A stretch of 63,931 nt of DNA, filler included, from Octopus bimaculoides (lineage: Eukaryota): NCBI RefSeq assembly GCF_001194135.2. It is 5 parts of 5 records of this genome, joined end to end, with 100 filler letters (N's around TTAATTAATTAA, not from the genome) between each part and the next. Parts side by side here need not be neighbours in the genome. Positions count along the whole stretch, not along the records: positions 53,886 to 58,076 come from NC_069001.1; positions 58,177 to 61,587 come from NC_069003.1; positions 61,688 to 63,931 come from NC_068982.1; 2 more parts are not named here. One strand, given 5' to 3'. Shown here in pieces: positions 54,355-63,931 of the stretch. Every line of letters starts with the position of its first letter. Position 1 is the first letter of the stretch. Position numbers and translations under genes: made by a program. A model generated the notes under the pieces. The model was given only the letters and a program-made list of their open reading frames with translations, was not told the origin of the DNA and searched no databases.

Positions 54355-54975
54355 TTGGCAGGTGGTTCAAAGGTAGTCACTGGAAGAGGAACTAGCTTCT
54401 GTCTTGCGGATTATCATCATCATCATCTTCAATATCTGCTGCAAGAACTTATCGATATCTGTTTGACGCACAGCTCAGTGTAAGAACGCAACTCATAATA
54501 AATTCTAGTTTATAATTTTTATATTAGAATCATAATTAGGATGATTATCAACAAACCCTTGTAGAGCTTTCCCCAATAAGGGCCAAACCCTTTAGTGGTA
54601 GGTGAAGCTTCCATATTTTTTTTTGCCCTGTAGCTCGTGGTTCTTGTAATATCATTATCAATTCCTCGTCAATCATATTCACTCGACGGGGCCCAAGAAA
54701 CTCAACTACACCATCTACGACTTGTTCAAACCCTTCGACATTTTCCAGTGTCCCAATTTCTTGCTTGATACTCACTTTCTGCTGTTAAGAAACGTGTAAA
54801 ATCGCTGATACAGCTTGGCCGTGGGTTTCTCCAAACTCTGTTCATACACGAATGTTTTCACAGCTATCCAAAGTATCTGTAAACGTTGAACTTTTCCCAG
54901 AGTCTCTAACTACAGCTACATCGAATGGCTTCAAAGTTGAATTGTTTCAAAGTCTTTCTCAGACCATATACCTTG
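54355..54975 (-). mobile_element. Tigger/pogo transposase C-terminal relic
   Basis: WRNPRPSCISDFTRF...EIGTLENVEGFEQV...MIDEELIMILQE...LKGLA...IDKFL plus an acidic tail, across frameshifts. Confidence 0.65.
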
Positions 54976-55014
54976 AAGTTAGCTATCACATCTTAATCCA
55001 TTGGTTAGAGTAAA

Positions 55015-55940
55015 GAAGTCTGATCTACATGCTGTGAGACAATGAATGGGCAGACAAAAACAAAATGCAACTAAACGAGAGAAAATTTGAGCTGATGCAT
55101 TTTGGAAAAAAAAAACTATGCTAAAACAGCCATACTCTCTTCCTTCAGGGGAACCACTTACAGCATCTAATAATATCAGAGACCTAGGAGTAATTGTTGA
55201 CAATGATCTCAGTTGGAGTGCCCACATCAACAATAAGGTCGATATGGCTCGTAGGATGAGCTCCTGGATCCTAAGAACCTTCCGGTCCAGAGAACACGGT
55301 GTCGTCAGTCCTCTTTTCTCTTCCTTTGTAAGGCCACACCTCGAATACTGCTGCCCCCTGTAGTCTCCCCATACAAAACAAAACATTTTGAAAATTGAAT
55401 CACTCCAGAGGTCATTCACTAAAAAGAATTAATGCCATGACTGATCTCGATTATTGGGACCACCTTAAAGCATTGAAACCCTATTTTCTCCTGAGCCGTC
55501 GCGAGCGGTACATCATTTGCGCGATGTGGAGAATATAACACCCGCATTGCCCAAACGATCTCAACATTAGCTTCAAAATTCATCCAAGGCTAGGACCACG
55601 GGTCATACGTCCCCTACCCAATTCAGGATCACAACACATAAATACACTGCAACACAATTTCTTTTCCTCAACAGACCCTGCCCTATTTAACATTGTCCCG
55701 AAACAGATCAAACAGAAAAAGGATCCTATTACCTTTAAACGGAATCTGGACAAATTTCTTCAAGGAATACCACGTAAGTCACCTATATCTGGATACAACT
55801 TACTCAACAAGAACTCCCTACTCGAATAGACCATGATACCACAAAACTTGACTTAAAAAGGGTTTAGCCAATCCTATCAGGTGATGCTATTAAGTTAGAT
55901 ATGGCCTGGACCAATCTTTGGTCGAAACATATCTAAGTTA
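55015..55940 (+). mobile_element. CR1/L2-group LINE 3' end (post-RT region and 3' UTR)
   Basis: WADKNKMQLN..KFELMHFG, IRDLGVIVDNDLSWSAHI, WILRTFRSRE, FVRPHLEYCCPL*SP, IESLQRSFTKRI, RRERYII, FKRNLDKFL. Confidence 0.92.
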
Positions 55941-56051
55941 TCATATCAAGCGTATCAAATAAGAACTCAACGAACGAAGCAAAATATTATCAACTTCAGA
56001 GTATTATTAAAGAAATATCTCTAGCTACAAACTAATTAAACACACACACAC

Positions 56052-56090
<39 letters not shown>

Positions 56091-56122
56091 TGCATATACA
56101 CTTATATATATATATACATACA

Positions 56123-56156
<34 letters not shown>

Positions 56157-56620
56157 CATGCATACATACATAATCATATGTACGATGGGATCTGCTTATT
56201 GTTATCAGTCTGTGATAAGAACCTTCAGATAACAATATAACACTAACTATTTATATTCTAATAGGAATTTCTATTCACCTTTACGTATTTACCAATATAG
56301 TCATTCTTTATTCCTCCATATGTTCCTATCATATGTTCCACCCCAGTCATCTACATCATCCCATTATACAAGCAACCTTTTAATTTTCCTTATATTCTTC
56401 GAAACCCTTTATTGTCTATTCTTCTTCTTCTTCTTCTTCTTCTTCTTGTTAAATTCTTAAGTACTTAATCATAAATTCTTATTATCCAATGTTAATTATA
56501 AACTTTGAGATTAATCACCAAAAGTTTACATTCGTCTCCCGTTTCTCGAAAATCCAGTCTATAGAAATAGATATAGGTTGACAAATATACATGGTGATAT
56601 ATATAGAGATTGATGCATAT

Positions 56621-56651
<31 letters not shown>

Positions 56652-57299
56652 GACATCAAGCGAAAAAGGACAGATACTGATATATATATATGTACGTATG
56701 TATGTAGGTAGGTAGGTAGGTAGGTAGGGAGGGAGGGAGNNNNNNNNNNNNNNNNNNNNNNNNNNNNNNNNNNNNNNNNNNNNNNNNNNNNNNNNNNNNN
56801 NNNNNNNNNNNNNNNNNNNNNNNNNNNNNNNNNNNNNNNNNNNNNNNNNNNNNNNNNNNNNNNNNNNNNNNNNNNNNNNNNNNNNNNNNNNNNNNNNNNN
56901 NNNNNNNNNNNNNNNNNNNNNNNNNNNNNNNNNNNNNNNNNNNNNNNNNNNNNNNNNNNNNNNNNNNNNNNNNNNNNNNNNNNNNNNNNNNNNNNNNNNN
57001 NNNNNNNNNNNNNNNNNNNNNNNNNNNNNNNNNNNNNNNNNNNNNNNNNNNNNNNNNNNNNNNNNNNNNNNNNNNNNNGAGGGAGGGAGTCAGGCAGGCA
57101 GACAGGCAGGTATGAACATATGTATTCAGTTATGGGTGGGTGATAGAGGGAAGTATGAATATATTTTATAACCTTTAATCCATTGAACGGAATCTGTAAA
57201 TATGTATATATTGATGATATCTGCGCATGGATATTATGCAAAGACAATAAGATGGACAATATAAGACGAAGAATGTTTGACAAAAAAGATATTAACTTT

Positions 57300-57595
57300 A
57301 GTGTTAAAAGAAAATGACTCAACGTTTCGGACGTCATACATATGTTTTCACTCATCCTTTTTACAGCTCGGTTTACAGACCCCGACTTTTTGTACTTTTC
57401 TCATTCTGGTCTCCATGTTCAATTATTTATATCCAAGCAGCGTTTTGCTGTTGACGCCACCAAATTGAACAGCATTATCGATAAGGCGTCGAAATTGTGA
57501 TGATATTTGGTGGACAACTGATGATGTACGTCGTTTGTACGTTTTACCTGTTTTCTGTACGTTCTTTCGTCGTCCTCCTGTGCCACATTTTACTG
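57300..57595 (-). mobile_element. Possible Penelope-like element 3' relic (GIY-YIG-like segment plus ...tccGAAACGTT)
   Basis: TVKC.....NVQKTGKTYKRRTSSVVHQI resembles the C..C...YIGQTG..L..R segment of PLE GIY-YIG domains; hammerhead-like tail on the minus strand at ~57315-57365. Confidence 0.45.
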
Positions 57596-57610
57596 TGTAT
57601 ATATATACAT

Positions 57611-57657
<47 letters not shown>

Positions 57658-57666
57658 AATAGATAA

Positions 57667-57729
<63 letters not shown>

Positions 57730-58076
57730 TACACATGTGCGTGCGTGTTTGTGTGTGTGCGTGTGTGTGTGTATCACTTTACCTTATTTTATAAAGTAAT
57801 TCAACAGATCCAATTTCCATTCACTGACTGTTTTCAAATGAATTACTACTTTTCCTCTTTCTCGTTAGTTTAAACGAATACACACACAAACACACGCGCC
57901 TACACACGCACATACATACACGCACACATGTACACACACATACATGCACACACATGCACACACACACCCAAACATTCGAATATGTGTATACATGCATGCG
58001 CGCCCCCACACGCATGTGTGTGCGTGTTTGTGTACAGACAGACGCCCATACTCATATATATATATATATATATATA

Positions 58077-58176
58077 NNNNNNNNNNNNNNNNNNNNNNNN
58101 NNNNNNNNNNNNNNNNNNNNTTAATTAATTAANNNNNNNNNNNNNNNNNNNNNNNNNNNNNNNNNNNNNNNNNNNN
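58077..58176. other. Artificial assembly joiner 44N-TTAATTAATTAA-44N
   Basis: Same 100-bp layout. Confidence 0.93.
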
Positions 58177-60149
58177 AATATATAATATAATATACAATAT
58201 ATAATATAAAATAAAAATGGATGGTACAATGAAATAAAGTATTGAATGTCTTATTGAATAGATGAAATATTGAGTGTTCAATATAAAGGATTAAATATAT
58301 AAAGGCGAATACGTATTTTCTATACCTTGTGGTATTTCATCATGGCCGGTATGACAGACTTTAACATATATGTGTGTGTGCGTGTGTGTATATATATATG
58401 TATATGTGTGTATATATATATATATTTACACACTCACATATATATGCACACACAAATATGCATATATTCAAACACACAGATTTTATATATATATATATAT
58501 ATGTATATAAAACTGTGTTTGCTAGTACAAACGGGGGGGGGGGAAGTACTCAATGCACATTGTAGAGTTTATTTATTTTTGTTCAAAGTTGATGATTTAC
58601 ACCTTCCCAAATAAATTTTGTCACCTGAGGGATCACATGTACCATAAATCTCTGAGTGAACATGGAACAAATCATCAGTTTTGAAGAGAATATATCTACT
58701 TCAATTCATTCCGCCTAAATATACAAATATATGTACGTAAATATGTATGTGTATATGTGTGTGTATGTATGTATGTATGTCTTTGAATGAATTATGTATA
58801 TATATGTGTGTGTGTATGCAGGTATATATATATATATATGCGTGTGTTGTTGACAGTGACTTTGAAGCGATTACAGTTTGACAATCACTTAGCTGGCCGA
58901 AACTTGGAAGCCACTGTCAACAAAATTCTTGTATAAGAAGAAGAAATTTGTACTTTACAAAGGTATATAACAAACGATCAGATTAATGTAAAATTGTTTT
59001 TATTATAACTGAACATAATAACATTGATATATATATATACACACACACATACATACTTTGGCTGAAAATGAATTGAATCTTTATTCATAACATAATTTTT
59101 TCGATATTCTTGTCCACTGTGACATAGCCACAAAGTTCTATGTGTAAATTGTGCCCCATGAGTTATGTAGATATCCTTAAGAATGGTAGACTTGATGGTG
59201 GCAGAAGAATTGGCCAATTGAAATGTACATAACATAAAAAACATCACATAAGATGAGGTTGATTGTTTGAAGATTGTTTTTTTAATTTATTTTAGCAGTA
59301 ATTCATCTCAGAAATTTAGAAATGTCCCATCTGTTTTAATATGAACGATATAAAATATTACATTTTGAAAAAAAAAATTAATAAATGGGTATTTTAAAAA
59401 AAGAAATATCTTGATTTAATTTTNNNNNNNNNNNNNNNNNNNNNNNNNNNNNNNNNNNNNNNNNNNNNNNNNNNNNNNNNNNNNNNNNNNNNNNNNNNNN
59501 NNNNNNNNNNNNNNNNNNNNNNNNNNNNNNNNNNNNNNNNNNNNNNNNNNNNNNNNNNNNNNNNNNNNNNNNNNNNNNNNNNNNNNNNNNNNNNNNNNNN
59601 NNNNNNNNNNNNNNNNNNNNNNNNNNNNNNNNNNNNNNNNNNNNNNNNNNNNNNNNNNNNNNNNNNNNNNNNNNNNNNNNNNNNNNNNNNNNNNNNNNNN
59701 NNNNNNNNNNNNNNNNNNNNNNNNNNNNNNNNNNNNNNNNNNNNNNNNNNNNNNNNNNNNNNNNNNNNNNNNNNNNNNNNNNNNNNNNNNNNNNNNNNNN
59801 NNNNNNNNNNNNNNNNNNNNNNNNNNNNNNNNNNNNNNNNNNNNNNNNNNNNNNNNNNNNNNNNNNNNNNNNNNNNNNNNNNNNNNNNNNNNNNNNNNNN
59901 NNNNNNNNNNNNNNNNNNNNNNNNNNNNNNNNNNNNNNNNNNNNNNNNNNNNNNNNNNNNNNNNNNNNNNNNNNNNNNNNNNNNNNNNNNNNNNNNNNNN
60001 NNNNNNNNNNNNNNNNNNNNNNNNNNNNNNNNNNNNNNCATCTATTGTTTTAATTAATTAACAACAACATAGAGGTAGTCGTTCTTTAAATATAAGATAT
60101 TTGAAGGACGACTCGTTAATTTTTAAGTTATTTTCTTAAACACCGTGTA

Positions 60150-60334
60150 CAGGGTGGGTTGAAAGTCATGCACCAAAACGTTCGACATTTTTCATTTTGT
60201 TTCATCATGTAGAAATACATGTGTATTCATCAATCTGTTATTTGTTTCGTTCAATTTTGGAAAAATGGAAGCATGTCTTTGACAATTTCAGAGCTTATTG
60301 AATTTATTTTCTCCTTGAGTTTTGGCCCACCCTG
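60150..60334. mobile_element. Tc1/mariner-type MITE, 185 bp, short TIR CAGGGTGGG, TA flanks
   Basis: TA-cagggtggg (60150) and cccaccctg-TA (60326-60336). Confidence 0.65.
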
Positions 60335-60369
60335 TATATTTAAATGCTTTGTACTTTAGACTTAACAGT

Positions 60370-60492
60370 TCACACACTCATTGCAGTGGTTCTTCAGTTT
60401 TTCTATGCCCTGTAAAAGAAGTTGGAAGGTTGGGTCTCAAACCAGGCCTTTTATGATACCCTTAAAGCCAGGAACTTTTCAACAACCCCTCG
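60370..60492 (-). mobile_element. Second, truncated copy of the 37548 mariner derivative
   Basis: Minus strand TA-cgaggggttgttgaaaagttcctggctttaagggt...aaaggcctggtt...cccaaccttc...ttcttttacagg aligns to 37548-37680. Confidence 0.8.
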
Positions 60493-61587
60493 TATGTGTG
60501 TGTGTGTGTGTGTGGTATTATACACACACACACACATATATATATATAATACCTTTCTTTATGCTATGTCGNNNNNNNNNNNNNNNNNNNNNNNNNNNNN
60601 NNNNNNNNNNNNNNNNNNNNNNNNNNNNNNNNNNNNNNNNNNNNNNNNNNNNNNNNNNNNNNNNNNNNNNNTACCCTTATCACACGGGTAGTCATGATGG
60701 GTATACTAGGCTTCGTATATTTTACCCAGGGCCGTATCCAGACTAAAATATTTGAGGAGGCAAAGACCAACAAAAACCAAACCAAGTTAACAATTACAAA
60801 CAGTTCTATGCATTGTCCCAATGATGGAAAGGGGAAGGGGAGGGTACGTTAGAAAGGCATATATATACTTGCAGATCCGATTTAATATATTATACAGTAA
60901 ATGTTTTCAATCCATTTTGGCCAAACACCCCCTTTTGACCCTTGGAGTTACAAATGACCCCCGCTACAAAATTTTATTTTGATATCAGCAGATGATGATT
61001 AAAAAATAAAGGACATAGTTCTACATATGCGCTTGTACGCAATTGGTAGTACAAATTGAAATGCAAAGAAACGAAATAGTAAATGGTCTTATGAATGAAA
61101 GTTTGGTAATTGCGTTTATTTCCACCACGTGACACTTATGAGATCAAAAGAGTGCTCTTTGGTACAAGTAAATGCAGATGAAATCATTTCAAACCTTTCT
61201 GATTTCCCTTTTAAACCACTAAAGAGGAGAAAAGATTATGCCAACAAATATGCAAGCCTTTTTGCTGGCATAATTTCGTTATATCTATATTCTACTACAC
61301 ATAAATACATAAAAACAGAACAGGCACACACACACACAGACAAGAACAAGCACGTACACACAACGCCTTCCATTTCAGCAACTGTCACGAAGACATCCGA
61401 ATTGTCGAATTGTCACGGAAAGAGTCGAACTTTTGTTTAAATAATTCGTATTAAAATTTTGAAAACGTGTTTCTAGCATGTCAGGTTTTCTGCGTCTGCT
61501 ATTTTATAATTGTATGCATTAGTAGAGAAAACACCTTAATTTCACTTCTTGTCAAAGGGTGGATGAGAGGAGGGATGTTTATTTATT

Positions 61588-61687
61588 NNNNNNNNNNNNN
61601 NNNNNNNNNNNNNNNNNNNNNNNNNNNNNNNTTAATTAATTAANNNNNNNNNNNNNNNNNNNNNNNNNNNNNNNNNNNNNNNNNNNN
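61588..61687. other. Artificial assembly joiner 44N-TTAATTAATTAA-44N
   Basis: Same 100-bp layout. Confidence 0.93.
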
Positions 61688-61945
61688 GATTATATATATA
61701 TATATATATATGTATATGTATATATATGTATATATATATATATACATACATACATACCTATATATATACACATATATATATAAGTATGTGTGTGTGTGCA
61801 CAAATTCGAGTGTATGTATGTTTGTCTTAACATCAAATGATAGTTGTAAATGATTACCACTGTCATATAAGAGGTGTCATTCTTTCTCAATATCCTGCTA
61901 AAAACATATTTGGCCATGGTGGAAATATTACCTAGTTTGGAAACA

Positions 61946-62048
61946 GGTGACAGTTGGCAACAGGATGGGGATCTGGCTGTAGAAAATCTGCCTCAAGGAA
62001 CTCCATCCAACCCATGCAAGCATAGAAAAGTGGACATTTAAACAATGA
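61946..62048 (+). mobile_element. Short retroposon 3' tail (SINE/LINE end)
   Basis: tagaaaatctgcctcaa...acccatgcaagcatagaaaagtggacatttaaacaatgat; inverted homolog at 62779-62880. Confidence 0.65.
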
Positions 62049-62099
62049 TTTTTTTTAAAGTCATTTAACCCATGGAAGCATGACATCTATACCTCTTGA

Positions 62100-62600
62100 C
62101 AAGATTAGATTATATAGTTGATGTTCAGCTTGACCTTCTTTAGAGAAAATATGAACTTGGTAGACACACTAGAGGGCTGCAGTTCTTGGGAGAAAGAATT
62201 AGTCATACTATTTAGTAATGGGGTTTGTTGGGTGAAATACTTTAGGGATGAGGAAAGGAACAGAGGGTGTGTAATTGGATAGTAGAGAAATTGATATTTT
62301 AGGGGAGCTGTTGAATTCCTAATAGATGAGACAGCATACACAAACCTTGAGTGAGCTGCTAGTTGTAACATGCTACTGAATGGATGTTTGTTAATCAGCT
62401 GAATATACAAATGGTACTTTATGAGTTGCATTTGTGATTTAGAGATGGTCAACCAATGTTTAGGACTGGAGCGTTTTCTGCTGCTTTGAGATGAGGATTT
62501 TGGGGTTAATAGCCCCAGAAAAGGGCTGCTTTTATACCAATTGTAAAGACTTAATTTTGTGTACCGTTTGTGAGAATGGTGGCTGCAGTATTGCATGACT
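62100..62600 (-). mobile_element. Decayed L2/CR1-type LINE C-terminal relic
   Basis: FFLPRTAAL*CLPSS resembles the FFPRT..LWN.LP motif at CR1/L2 ORF2 ends. Confidence 0.5.
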
Positions 62601-62727
62601 TACTTCTGTAACATGTGTTGTGACTGTATCTTGTTACAGTTGAATAAGATTCACTTGTCAAAGCTCATCTTACTATGATGCAATGTTTTAGTCCCAAGAC
62701 ACTATTTCCAAACAAGTCAAACGATAT

Positions 62728-62758
<31 letters not shown>

Positions 62759-62778
62759 CATATACCACCACCACCACC

Positions 62779-62880
62779 ATCATCATCAATGTTTAATGTC
62801 TGATTTCCTCTGCTTGCATGGGTCAGACAGGATTTGGTTGAGGTAAATTTTCTATATCTAGATGTCTTTCCTCTTTCCAG
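62779..62880 (-). mobile_element. Short retroposon 3' tail with (ATG)n end, homolog of 61946-62048
   Basis: catcatcaatgtttaatgtc...tgcttgcatgggtc...ttgaggtaaattttcta. Confidence 0.65.
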
Positions 62881-63054
62881 ATAAGATAATAGTTCCTCAT
62901 ATCCAGATGTTTTTTTTTCCCCCCTGGAGAAACTATAAAGAAACAACATTACCTGTGTGACAGTGATGCTCGTTTGCAACCATCATGTGACGTCAAGACA
63001 TGCACATGCATACACACACACACGTGTGTGTGTGTGTGTATTTATGTATACATC

Positions 63055-63797
63055 TAATTCCTTCCGGTCTCTTCAGTCTCGTGTCTGGTCCCAGCATGGC
63101 ATCGCAAGGCAAACAAAAGTTGCTGTGTACTGTGCCTGTGTACTGACATCGCTCCTCTACTCATGTGAGACACGGACTCTGTAAAAACGTCAGGTAAGGG
63201 TCCTTGAACGCTTTCATCAGAGATGTCTCAGACACATTCTCAATGTTGGCTGGACCTCAAAGATTCCAGACACACAGATCCTGAGGACAGCTGATATCTT
63301 GAGTATTGAGGTGATGGTGCACAAGCAATGGTTACGTTGGACTGGACACCTTATTAGAATGAAGGATAGCAGGATTCCTAAGCAGATGCTATATGGAGAA
63401 CTTGTGAATGGAAGGAGACTCCGGCAGAAACCAAGGCTGCGATTTAAGGACTGTGTCAAGTCCTCATTAAAGGCCTGCGATATGTAGGACACTGACTGGA
63501 AGAACAATGCCTGTCATCGCCACAGATGGAGGAAGCAGGTTAAGGAGGGGATCGACACTTTTGAGAGCACGTATCCAGCATGAAGAACGAAAGCGAGCTG
63601 CGCGAAAGTGCACGGCTCGTATAGTGAATGGGGTAAGTTTGGTCTGCAATGTTTGCAGTCATGTATGCTTGTCAAGAGCAGGGCTCATTAGCCACAAACG
63701 TAGCCACAAATGCAAAATATAAAGTTAGTCCTAGAGCGCACAATGTTCCTGAAGGTCAGCAATGGCCTTCCTCGGTCACGAGTGCACGGCCATCATA
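63055..63797 (+). mobile_element. RTE (BovB-like) LINE 3' end with C2H2 zinc finger and 3' UTR
   Basis: TKVAVYCACVLTSLLYSCET, LERFHQRCLRHIL, LRWTGHLIRMKDSRIPKQMLYGEL, PRLRFKDCVK, CNVCSHVCLSRAGLISHKRSH; several stops and one frameshift. Confidence 0.93.
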
Positions 63798-63931
63798 TAT
63801 ATATATGTATATATATATATGTATATATATATATGTGTATATCCATATGTGTGTATGTATATGTGTGTGTGTATGTATATATACATATATATATAAAAAA
63901 ATTTAAGGAATGGAGAAAACGCATGTTATAA

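Noticed and set aside
61129-61440. 103-aa ORF with DEII..F..KRR, faintly like a hAT dimerisation end
   Set aside because: No ATG start, and no TIRs or other hAT motifs.

Overview
This is AT-rich, microsatellite-saturated, heavily gapped eukaryotic DNA. Its repeat repertoire (tRNA-headed SINEs, Tx1, RTE, CR1/L2 and Penelope-like relics) and (CA)/(AT)/(AGAT) density point to a coleoid cephalopod, most likely Octopus (inference, no database search run). I found no credible host protein-coding gene, rRNA, tRNA gene or CRISPR array. Almost all ORFs in the track are translations of microsatellites, N-runs or decayed transposons. Recognisable content: about 20 SINE copies or half-copies from at least three families; two Tx1/L1-clade ORF2 relics; two RTE-BovB-like 3' relics; CR1/L2-type RT relics; a restriction-like-endonuclease non-LTR 3' fragment; mariner and Tigger/pogo transposase relics; several TA-flanked MITEs; and four artificial 100-bp scaffold joiners (44N-TTAATTAATTAA-44N). 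The most notable structures are: (1) a 5.7-kb segment with Helitron-type termini containing a mosaic ~2.2-2.4 kb triplication, a microhomology-bounded deletion and repeated tRNA-like modules; (2) a ~665-bp imperfect palindrome whose arms carry hammerhead-like motifs; (3) a ~190-bp repeat family with a minimal hammerhead-ribozyme-like fold; (4) a perfect 45-bp direct repeat bracketing 1.47 kb. I see no strong evidence for an entirely new biological system. These findings are best read as transposon-biology leads. Most element boundaries are by-eye estimates unless termini or TSDs are quoted.
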